A stretch of 63,239 nucleotides of DNA, filler included, from Neoconidiobolus thromboides FSU 785 (taxonomy: Eukaryota; Fungi; Entomophthoromycota): NCBI GenBank assembly GCA_025603075.1. It is 7 parts of 7 records of this genome, joined end to end, with 100 filler letters (N's around TTAATTAATTAA, not from the genome) between each part and the next. Parts side by side here need not be neighbours in the genome. Positions count along the whole stretch, not along the records: positions 47,328 to 60,311 come from MU626622.1; 6 more parts are not named here. One strand, given 5' to 3'. Positions 49,168-60,311 of the stretch are shown here, piece after piece. The position numbers and the translations under genes are program-made. Each line of letters begins with the position of its first letter. Positions within the stretch are counted from its first letter, which is position 1. The notes under the pieces are model-generated. The model was not told the origin of the DNA. It ran no database searches and was given only the letters and a program-made list of their open reading frames with translations.

Positions 49168-51730
49168 TTTAAACTTAAAAATTAAAAAAAAACAAATAAA
49201 GCTGATATTTATATTACGTAGAATAAGGTTCGTTAGTGATAAAAAAAATCCTTTTTGAGTTAGGATAAAAGTGGAGATAAAATTATTCTTTGGGTAGAGT
49301 TATGAAAAGAAGTAATGAAATAAACTCAATTAATAATAACAATAGAATTTAGTTTAGTCTAAGAATTGATATAATATTTAATTTTAGTTAACCATATTTA
49401 TATTATTCTATATTTGCGGATCTACAATATCATTCTCTCAACTTGGGGCAGTTCATTGATTAAGTTGGTTAATATCCCATTGATCGAATAAGTTGTAGAA
49501 GTTGAATGATATTTTAATTTATTATATTTTATATTAAAGCAATATTTAATAAAATGGAAATCAACATAGGGATAAAATGATGATGGAATAAAATAAGTTA
49601 AACAGCATATTTTCTCCACCCATTTTTAAACCCGAATTGAAAATTCCTCCCTTATGAAATTTAATTTAAAATTTAAAAGGGATGTTGACAAATCATTATG
49701 TTTACCTTACATTCGTTTTATCCTTTACTCCTTAAATTCGATTTATTTGAAATAGGTTTAAGTATGATTTACTTTATGATCTTATTATTGATATAGAATT
49801 TGATATATATATCTTTTATTTTTTTTACCATTTATAATAAGTTTTGGGTTTAAATCGATGATTCTTAATTTTAAATTGTGTTACAGTTAGTACTTTACCA
49901 CACTTACTTCATTTAATAAAACAAAATGGAAGTTATAAAAAAGCTGAGTTTAAATGAAAACTTATTTTTATTTCATGGCATGGCTTGATTAACTTACTTT
50001 TAACTATATGGGGATGTTTTTGGTTTCATCACTTTTTTCGTTTTTTTAAGCGTTGTTTGAGTAGAAGGATTGTTAGTAAAATTCTTAAACAAAGAAATAC
50101 ATCTTCATATATTTATTATAACAAATTTGGTAATAAGAATAAGTTATAATATAACAGTATTGCTCCTGCTTTACAAGTACATTCTATTTTAATTTTTGAC
50201 CCTTTATAGTCATTGTCCCTGTGTTGACTTATCAACTCTTAACTGTTAGTATGTATAAATAACGTAATAACAAACAAAGTTATTTAAGTAATTATATATT
50301 ACCAACATTGATTCTAGATTTAATTAAATTAACTTCTGAATTTATAAAAACAATAAGCTTACTCAAACTATGAAATCAAGTCAGCATTTTAATGTACAAT
50401 AATCACTTAGGAATTGCTTAAAGTTAATTGGTTCAACCTGCTATGAAACTCTCTAAACCTGACCTTTCCTAGAAGTATATCCTATTATAAAGATAGTAGT
50501 AAGTTTAAGCCATGACTTAGCTTTTAAAATTATTGTTTTTAATTTAACTCTATGGTTAAACTGCTTATTTCTAAAATAATAAACTATTGAACTATACAAG
50601 CCTAAAGTTGATTTTATAGGTTTTTAAATATTTGTAATTTATGTCATTAATAAGTTTATTTGATATACTGTAGATCCTTAAGAAATCACTGTTTAGAACT
50701 TTTCTAAAGCTATTATCATAAGAACAGTTTTAAAGAATCAAATGTACTAAGCAAAATACTTTTTAATATCCTTTTAGCGCGTTAATTTATATTTGAACAA
50801 GCTCAATAACAATTAAAATTAAAAAATTTCCAGTTTAATTTTAGGTTTGTTTCAAAATCTATGTGTAAATCTATTTTTTGCCTAATCATCTGTCCATTTT
50901 TGTGTGACGTAAAATTTAAAGTTCTTTGTCAAGTACTGAATAATAAAACGTTCACATATGTGATATTACATATCAAATATAAAGCTATTTTCATAGCGTT
51001 TATACTTGACCTAAGATAATTTTGATTCCTTAAAATAGGAAAAAAGTTTATCCTTAGAATTAAGTTAGCTTATTTTGAAAATAATAATACAAAAACTAAT
51101 TCAGCAAAATCAAAAAGGGGCATTTATTCACAAAATTAATAAATTAGCTAATGTAAATCTGAACTTATGAGCAAGTATAAGGGCAAGGATCATTTACTTA
51201 GCTATTAAAAAATAAGAAAAAACTATCTATGATTGGATAAATGGCTCCTGCCCTTATATTTACTTAAATTCGGATCTATGTTGCTTAATTAAAAAATATT
51301 TTTAATAAATGTATTGTTAAAACACTTCCTCTTCTGGATTCATGACTTTCAAAAAAATGGTATGTATTGTTGAAAAATAATAATGTTTAATAAGTGTATT
51401 TTTTTATTTTATTTTTAAACTCAAAACTTTCATTATATTATTTTTAAAAAGTTTATATATAATTGATTTCTTACATATTTTTTATTGTAAATAATATTAA
51501 AATATTTACTTAATAAATTTGAAGTTTTTATTATATCATAACAACTTTATATATCAAGTGCCTCAATAATGTACTTTTCTTTTTTTTAAGTTATCATATG
51601 TTTACTTAAAAAAATCACACCATTCAGATATTTATTATATAAATGGTCATAGAGTAGCCTACAATTAGATATCTTTTATTGCTTTTAGTTTATAGCTAAG
51701 AAAATTTAATATAATATAAGAACTTCAGAT

Positions 51731-51828
51731 GGGGATGTTTTTTTACGTTTAAGGATTTTACTAAGAATTTTTCCGCTCAAATAGTGTTAAAAGGTGGAAA
51801 AAGTAATGAAGCCAAAAAAAACACTTCC
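51731..51828 (+). mobile_element. MITE copy
   Basis: AGAT direct repeat on both flanks. Confidence 0.85.
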
Positions 51829-52575
51829 AGATTTTAATAGCTTAAGTTCCTATTAAAAAAAATTTTAGCTACAAACTAAAACCAATGAAAAACTGTTAAC
51901 TGCAAGCTCTTCTAATTTATTAAAACAACTAATATGGTAACTTATAGAATAGTAAAAGTAATTTAAAAAACTTTTAAGCTTTTTGGTCTGTCATAAAAAC
52001 ATTATTAGAACAGACTGAGTATAAGCGCTATATTTTTTATTAAACAAGTATTAGATCATTCCCCTGTTTCTAATTAATTAATTCTAGAGCCCTTATCCTT
52101 TCAACCGGTTCATGGACCTTACACAAAAGCTACATAGCTTTGAAGCCTTACTCGCCTGTGAGAATAGCCTCTGACTTGATTACCACCTTCTTGCTTATTA
52201 TTCGAAACTCCATCTAGAGAACAGAGATCAAATAGAACTCCTTTTATCTTCCTAATCCTTCAAAGGTGAACAAGCTTTGGACTTGTTTCCTATCTTACCA
52301 CGTGGTTCCTCTTAATACCTTAATCCCTTAAATTTACTGATTTGAGTATTTTGTTTTAGTAAATAAAATATTCGGGGCCTCAGCCTTTCAAGAGTAAAAA
52401 AAGTGATAGATATTTTCAATCATTTCTTAGTGCTTTGCTCACTATCAAAGTCATCACTTGGGGATGTATTTTTGTGTTTAAGGATTTTACTAACAATTTT
52501 TCCACCTAAATAGCGCTTAAAAGATAGAAAAGGCAAATATCTTATTAAAAAGAATAAGTATTAAGTTTGTTATTA

Positions 52576-52648
52576 CGAGAGGAGGTCAAAAAATTCTCAC
52601 TCATACCTTCGTTGATCCACCCATTCTTAGAACCTTGACCTCCCCACG
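52576..52648. mobile_element. 73-bp mini-element with mariner-like TIRs
   Basis: TA|CGAGAGGAGGTCAA...TTGACCTCCCCACG|TA. Confidence 0.55.
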
Positions 52649-52777
52649 TATTATTTCGATAAAAATAGTAGGATTAATATCAATTTTTAAGAAAATAAAA
52701 GTGAATTCCAACTCTAATTTTAAAACAAAATGGGGAACAAAAACAGTTTTTCCCATTAGTTATTTCAATTTTATTTA

Positions 52778-53357
52778 CTAACCAAAATTCGAATAAAAGA
52801 AGGGAACAGCCATCATAAAGCAAGATAAATGGGCCTTTATCAACCTACTAGAGCTATAATTATCAAACACTTGACGACTAAAATGGTTTTAGCTTTAATA
52901 CCAAATGAATAATAACCTAATTTTACCTCATCGTTTTTATAGTTAAAGAAGCGGTACCGCTACTATTACTACTCTCAGTCTCTGTTTCTGTTTCTGTTGA
53001 ACTTGAACTTGAAGAAGTTTTAGCTTTTAGAGAAGTTTTGGTTAAAGTTTTAGTTAAGGTTTTAATTGTTGAAGATGTTAGTTTACTTGACTTAATAGAT
53101 TGAGAAGAACTAGTAGCTTTAGAATCAGAGTGTTGTGTTTCCTTTGGTTTACTAGTAATTATTGAGGCGGGATTAGTGGATTTAGGCTTGGGATGAAATG
53201 CGGTAGAAAAAAATTGATCAACATCCGAAATTGCAGAGTCAATACCATCAACAAAGTCCTGAAAGATGGAAGACTTTATATGCGTTTGGGTAGACTCAGA
53301 CAAGTATAATGTTAGAAATAGGAACAGTAAGAAGTAAAATAGAAAACTAAACTTCAT
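52778..53357 (-). CDS. Secreted Ser/Thr-rich protein, possibly GPI-anchored (2 exons predicted)
   Basis: Signal peptide, S/T/K-rich tract; predicted second exon SRQVFDNYSSSRLIKAHLSCFMMAVPFFYSNFG*. Confidence 0.6.
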
Positions 53358-53683
53358 CTATTTTGATACCAATGTGGATAAAATCTTAACAAGATAAAAG
53401 TAATATAAAAAATCGTTTTATCTTTTTCATTGATATCACCTGATTTTATGAACCTTTGGATGATTTTATGTTATTCAATTAATAAATTATTTTCTCACAT
53501 TTATACTTTTTATTAGTTTATATATTATTTACTTAATTTTTTTAAAAAATATTAAAATTAATTTTATAATTCTACACACATTACCTTGCATGATATCAAA
53601 TATTTAAAATATTTATTCAAACCGAAAAAGTACAAAATTAACAAATTTAAAACTTTTCACTCATTGTTGACTAAATCTAAAAA

Positions 53684-54579
53684 ATGGAAAATGAAAACAC
53701 TAATATAAGCCACGTCAACCCAACTGAATCCAAGCCACGATTTGAAACCTTACAACAAGAACTTGTCAATATAAGCTTAGGAACCACAACCAACAGTGTT
53801 CATTTAATCAATAATACATGTCTAACACTACTCCTTTTAGAGTCTGTAAGCCTATTTTTAAACCAAGCTGTTTCCAGTGCACCTTCAAAAAAGAATACAA
53901 TTTTGGAAAAGACATATAACTCGGCTTCAATTATAAGTACCCCTTTACCCTCTAATTTAGGTACCTTTCAACTTACTCCAGGGATTGTCAAGGATAATGA
54001 AAATAATCTAAATCGAGAAATGTTGTATTTCAAATTAGAGAATTTGGGATTTAGAGTTGGAATGGGATTAGCGGAAAGGTAATAACAATATAAAGCCATA
54101 TAGACATATAGCTGATTTATTCAATTATAGATTTACTTTAGATAAAGAGCTATTCAATGATACTTTAGATATGGTTAAATTTATTTGTAAAGAATTTTGG
54201 TTACTTTTGTTTCAAAAACAGATTGATAACTTGAAAACAAATCACCGGGTAAATTTTAATTTTATATCGAGCTTTATTCAAAACAGTTTTATTCCTTTAC
54301 TTTTAGGGTGTTTACGTATTAAATGATAATAACTTTAAATGGTTTCAAACTTTGTCGACCACCGATCCTCCAGCTGTTACCGCTAGGCAATCTATTATTG
54401 TAAGCTTTTTTATGTTTTAATTAGATTAAATTCAAAACTTCAAATTGCAGTATACTTGGTTTCCATGTGGGCTAATAAGAGGGGCATTATTTGGATTAGG
54501 AATTAATGCAATTGTAGTAGCAGAAGCAGTTACTTTACCTCAATGTACTTTTCAAATTAGAGTGGGCAAAGAGTCTTGA
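53684..54579 (+). CDS. TRS33: TRAPP subunit Trs33/TRAPPC6, 4 exons
   Basis: KLENLGFRVG.GLAER, VKFICKEFW, IDNLKTNHRGVYVL.D, FPCGLIRGAL, CTFQI. Confidence 0.93.
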
Positions 54580-54926
54580 TCATAATTTGATTTCGAAATT
54601 GTTTTTTATCGTTATTATTATGAATCAAACTTTTATAATAATATCATCAAGGATATATCTACGTTCTTTTTTTCTTATACAAAATTAGTAAATAAAAGTA
54701 AATGCTTATGATTGATTTGCAATTTGAATTCATACTACTAATTCTATATAAAAGTAACCAAGGTAAAAGACAAATACAATAAAGGACACAATAGAATTAA
54801 AAAATACATTTACAGCATACAAATTTAATTGAAAACCAGGGGATAAACCCATACTCTTAATCATTCAATAAATTAGGAGTTACTAAAAAATTAATTACGC
54901 CTTTTTTCACACCCATTTTAAAATAC

Positions 54927-57900
54927 TTACTCCACATATAAATCCTTCATAATAATATAAGGTCCCATATCTTCTTTATTATTCCTTCTTCTGGTATACT
55001 CATTTTTAGCTTTTCTGAATAAGGCTGCTCGATCCCATCTTTGTAATCTAGCTTTAGGGCCCTTAGCTTCATCTGCTTTCTTGATATCTGCCCACTGCCG
55101 CCCATACTTTGACATATATTTTGTAAGAGCATCTACTTCACTTAAATACCATTGTCTTTTCCCATTATTACTACGCCCCGCCTTTATTTTTTTTCTACTT
55201 GGACTACCACTGTCACTACTTAAAGTAACAGCTCCTTGATCAAGGACGTTTGAGTTGGTATTTCTACCATTTACAAGGGACCCTTTTGACCTTAGAGTAT
55301 TTTCTTTCTTTTGGTCTTCCTTTTTAAAACCATCAGTAACCTTTCCCTCATCTTTAGATGATCGTGAGAACATAGGTTTTTCACCATTTGCTAAGCTTTG
55401 CTTTGAGCCTTGTTTAATTTTGTGTGTCAATGAGTCACTAGAAGTAGAAGATAACCCATCATCATGATTTAGTGAGTTACTACTTTTAACTGGTTTATCA
55501 TTTTGACTAGCAGGCATTTTGTACCCATACTTATTAATAACAACTTTTGGACGCCTAGTTTTATTTGATCTTTCATTACCTAATTCAGAATCTGAAGATG
55601 TAGAAAGCCCGTCATTGTAATTGCTCGAAGATCCTTGATGATGATACTTGTTACCTCTATTATGTTCATTATGTTTTTTAATATCTGGTAACTTAGGTTT
55701 ATCTGACTTTAAGTAATTGAGCTTTGATTTTGAGGTAGATTGTATTTTTTCAATATCTGATTCTCCTGTCAAACTCGAATCCGAAGTAGAAAGTCCATCA
55801 TTAAACTTGTCTGATGGATCATAAGTGTTTCTTCTAGAAACAGAGTGTTGACTTGTTCTTGAACCGTGTGTTTTTTCTGCGCTGTTCTTATTGGCCCTTT
55901 TGTCTATAATAGAATCATCTACTCCTTTTTTTGAAACAAAATTTTGATGATACTTTATGATTGGTTTAGATTTAATAAACTCCTTTTCTTCAACCTTATC
56001 ACTTTTGTGGTTCAACGACTCAGCTAATTTAGCATTTGGTTCGATAACAGTTCGAACGTACTTATTACGACACGAGCTCCTTGTACGCCCCTTTAACTTA
56101 TCATCAATTATTCCATTTTCTCCATGATACTCAAGGATTCGATCCCAATTTTCTCCATGCTTAGCCACTGCTTTTAACAACACTTCAATAGATTCTGGAT
56201 CCCAAGATTTGCATACATGCTTCTTGCCTACAAGTCCATTACCTCCTTTTCTTTTGCTTTTAGATTGAGCCCCTGTTGTTTGAGGGATTTTAGCATCCGA
56301 AGTTTTTCTTGTTACGACAGGCGATAGATTTAGTGACTCTCTGCTTTGGCTACTTGAACGATTTAATTTAGATTCAATTGATTTACTTTTTTTATCATTG
56401 ATATATTCGCCCTTCTCAATTTTGTAATCCTCCTTTTGAACTTTTTCTGGGGTTCTCTGTCCTCTTAAAGGGACTTTATTTTCATTTTTGGCTTGATGGC
56501 AAGAGTCCATTGGTTGCTTACCATTAATGCGTCGATCCTCATGTTTATTACTTAAAACACAATCATCTCTTTTTTGATTTTCACATTTACCATTTAAGCC
56601 ACACTGATGCACTTTGGTGTATTTTGAATGATAAATATCTCTTCCGTTCTTTTTTGTATAATCGACATGAATTTCTTTGCCATTTTTAATATTCTTAGAA
56701 GGATAAATATCCCACTCCTCATCTTTTGCTCGACTAGCTAAAACATCCCCTCCAGTTTTTTTGCCTTTCGATCCATCTCTAAAACCAGGTTGATCTTCAG
56801 ATTTTTTTACACTATTAATATTTTTGCTCACTTTTTGTAATTTTTGCCTTTCATAATCAAAAGTTTCCTGATCTTTGCCCATTTTACCATCTTTAGTACG
56901 ACTTGGAGTTGGAGAAATAATCCTACTATTGCCCTTACTAGCATGCTTTGAGGTTTTGTCTTGAGAATAGAATCTATCTCTATTTCTGCTACCATTTTTT
57001 ATGAGTTTGCCTCCAGAATATAATATCTCCTTATTATTACTACTGTTATTTGAGCCCTTAATATCAGAGTATAATATATCCTTATTTTTATTTCCATTGC
57101 TTGATACTATCTTCTCAGAAGAAAAAATCGCGTCATTCCTGCCATTGTTAGTTAGAACTTTATTCTTGGAATAAGTGTTCTTATTTCTATTAATGCTATT
57201 TGACCCTTTATTCTCGGGATAGAATGGATCGTATAAAGTTTTGTCGTCTGAATAATATGAAGCATTTGAAACTTTATTGTTGTCATTTAATACATTGCTA
57301 GGGGCTTTAACATCAGCAAAAAATGGATGATTTTTATGGAAATCCGAAGTTATTGGCAATTGTGCACTTTCCCAATCATCATTTGGAGCATTATTTAACT
57401 CATCTCTATCTTTTATCTTAGAATCATTGTGTAAGTCTAATTCCATACCTTCCTCTTCCCTAAACTCATATGATGAGTTTAGTTCTAAAACCTTTTTAGT
57501 TTCACCTAACTTGCTAAGTGAATTCGATTGTCCCGGTTTTTCTGAAATTTCATTAAATGTATTTGATTGCACAACTTCTTTATCTACCTTTGAATTTGTA
57601 TTACTACCTTCATTGAACTGAAGTGCCTTAGCTCCGTTTTGAAATCCAAAGCTTGGTTCATACCTAATGGTTATTTCTTCATCCTCTTTGATATGTTTAC
57701 TTAACAAGTTATTCCTCCAATCATGATAAGATTCGTCCGAATTTAGATCTAAATTATCCAGCTTTATAGAATCATCTGACATGTCACTTTTATAACCGTT
57801 ATAATTACTTTGATCAAATCCTTCCACAACCTTCTCACTGACTGAGTTATCGTCTGCTTGTGGATTCAATCTTATTTCTTCAAAATCATCCCCAAAACTA

Positions 57901-58868
57901 TGACTGTCAAATTTAATATCCCCAATACTCTGATCATCATCTTTAATCTCTTCAAAGTTACCGTCATGATCAAACCTTACATTCTCCTGATTATCCCTTT
58001 CTTCATCAGTTTCCGATTTGTTTGATAAGCCTAACCGTAATCCTCCTAAGTTTGGTCTCTTATCACTATAACGTCTTACATGTCTTATACCATTATCCAC
58101 TACGCTACTTTTATCTAATAAATGAGATATTCTAGTTATTGTGCTATTAAATACTAAGCTTTATTCTTACCAAAATCATCATCTGAAGTAAAATCTACTT
58201 CTCGGATTATACCTTGTGAACCATTATTTAATCCATCCACCTTGTAATTCACATTTTCTTGTTTGAGTGAATAATTCAATCCTTTGGCTTCATCCTCAGA
58301 CTTATATTGGATATCATCATTCATGTTAGGATAATTTTTAATATTTGAATCCTTATTTAGCTCTGCATCAACGGACCCTTTTTCGCTTTGAAAATGCTCA
58401 TAAGCTTGGTTTCTTTCTTTCATTTGATATTGAGGATCAAAGCTAGCCTCTTCCTTGTACCAAGATTCATTGTAATGTTCCCATCCGTTTGGGCCCTCCC
58501 TTCTCTCTTGTTTAGAATTGTCTTCAAAAAATACTCCCCCTTTATAATTCCCTTCATTGTTTTTTACTGAAGAGATTTTATCAAAATTGGGCAATAAGTT
58601 CCCACTTTCGTTAGAATATTTTAACTCTTTAGAAGGTTTTTTATTTAAATAACATTGATAGTTTGATACTGAGTTATCCCAGGTGTTTTCAAAATTAGAG
58701 GAAGCTGGCTTAATTGAAGGTTTGGACGATTTCCTTGGGGCTTTATAGCTTACCGCTGGTCTATAAAATAAAGTTGGTATTGTTGTTTTTGAGTTTATAA
58801 TTTATCTTTTACCTCTCTTCCGACCTATAATGCTCTTCTTTTTTTCTTTCTTTTTTATCTGAAGCCAT
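54927..58868 (-). CDS. Large disordered protein with two Tbf1/telobox-like Myb domains (3 exons)
   Basis: Myb1 WDPESIEVLLKAVAKHGENWDRILEYHGENG..DKLKGRT; Myb2 WYLSEVDALTKYMSKYGRQWADIKK. ORF 58154-58594 joins via a GTAAGA intron near 58170; ATG 58868 with an intron after ~58813. Confidence 0.8.
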
Positions 58869-59009
58869 ATCAATTATCAATAGTTTCCAGCTTTAAAGAA
58901 CTTTTGAAATTTCAATTTTTGGTAAAATTATACTACCTGAACAATTAAAAAAGCGTAGCCAATCATAAATTATTCTGGTTGATTTCGAGTTAAAATAGCT
59001 AACTTTGTA

Positions 59010-59500
59010 ATAGAATGGTGGTAGACATTAAATCATAATTGCATCCCTAACCAAAAATTAGAGCTTCAACCGAGATGATTGTAACCACAGTTCATAGTAC
59101 ATCCATCGTATTTGTGTTTCAAATGCTAACTCCTTTAGTCAGCCTAGATTAAATTAGACTATCCCTAACTTTTAACCAATCAAGTAGATTTTTTTAGTTG
59201 ATTTAAATTAGAAATTAAGAATGGAACTTTATAGATGTTAGAAAAATTTGTAAAAAAGGTTCTACTGCCACAATCAATTATTAAAATGTTTGTAATATTC
59301 AATAGGCTTGATTGGCTAAAAAATAAGTGATTAGTCACTCAGGCTTATTTAGTGGGAAGCTCAAAAGGATAAATTAAAATATTTTAGTTTATTTTGACTT
59401 GCTTGAATATAGTAAATTGAAACTGTATTTTTAAAAGGCTTAGCATGTCACCCATGTTAGTCGTTAACTTTAAATAAAATACTCCCTTCTTAAACTCAGA
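59010..59500 (-). mobile_element. Degenerate LTR-retroelement protease remnant
   Basis: IIDCGSRTFF (retropepsin DxG-like) and downstream LGM; many stops. Confidence 0.35.
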
Positions 59501-60140
59501 TTTAAAAGTTTATTCCTTAAAACCAATTAAAAATGGCGGAAGTGTTTATTTACAAGTAACAAAAAGGAACTTTAGGGTTAAAAATTAAAACTCTTTCATC
59601 CTTTATTAAATGTTCTTGTATCGATTGATAAACTTGAATTTTATATTTATTAATTTATGAAGTATATTTATAACAAAATATTATAAAATACTTATTTTAA
59701 AATATTAAAATAATATTAAAAATAAACTTTAGTAAAACTATTTTAAAAAGAATTTAATTATTTACTTTATTTTATTTTTATTACTTATCATTTATAGTAC
59801 AATTTTAAAAATATTAGGGGATGCATTTTTATGTTCAAGAATTTTAGTGATAGTTTTTCCATTTAAATAATGCTTAAAAGATAGAAAAAGTAATGAAGCC
59901 AAAAAAAACACCCCCATTGTATATTTTTATTAATAAGATTAATAAATAATTTTTTCAAGTTGTTTTAAACTATAATTACATTATTGTAACCAAATATTTT
60001 AAATTAAGATTATTATTATACTTGTCATAATTTTGATTTTGCTTTAACTATTTAATTATATGGGAATGTCCAAATTGGTTTCAGAATTTACTTAGAAATC
60101 AATCCAAATTTTAACAGCTACTTATAATAAACTAGGGTTT

Positions 60141-60311
60141 ATGGAATTTTATAACAAAACAAAACAAAGAGAAGATATATTATCAAAGTTCACTATCAAT
60201 AATAATAAACTTGATCAAGTAATGTATAAAATTAGTGCTTTAAGAGAAACAGGAAACAAAAATCAGCAAGTAGCGTTATTATCAACTATAGCTTCAGTAT
60301 ATTCTTTTGAT
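60141..60311 (+). CDS. Hypothetical partial ORF running into gap
   Basis: Open frame only, no motif. Confidence 0.25.

Larger units (their letters stand above)
875..59915. mobile_element. Dispersed ~98-bp MITE family, about 37 copies (family-level entry)
   Basis: Consensus GGGGATGTATTTTTGTGTTTAAGAATTTTACTAACAATTTTTCCACTCAAATAGCGCTTAAAAAATGGAAAAAGTAATGAAATCAAAAAAAACATCCCC. Copies not listed separately start near 1686 (partial), 2302, 22527, 24151, 25524, 28016, 29037, 30087, 31288, 32129, 32352, 32542 (degenerate), 33212, 38214, 39755, 40521, 40773, 46078, 50010, 52460 (partial) and 59817. Confidence 0.9.

Noticed and set aside
55255-58570. Antisense or alternate-frame short ORFs over real genes (also 3171, 5198, 6842, 10996, 11842, 15200, 16712, 24689, 36658, 44831)
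   Set aside because: Shadows of the overlapping genes or tRNA, with no independent support.
875-59915. MITE copies read as a CRISPR-like or regularly spaced array
   Set aside because: Irregular spacing, both orientations, TIR/TSD structure, eukaryotic context and no cas genes.
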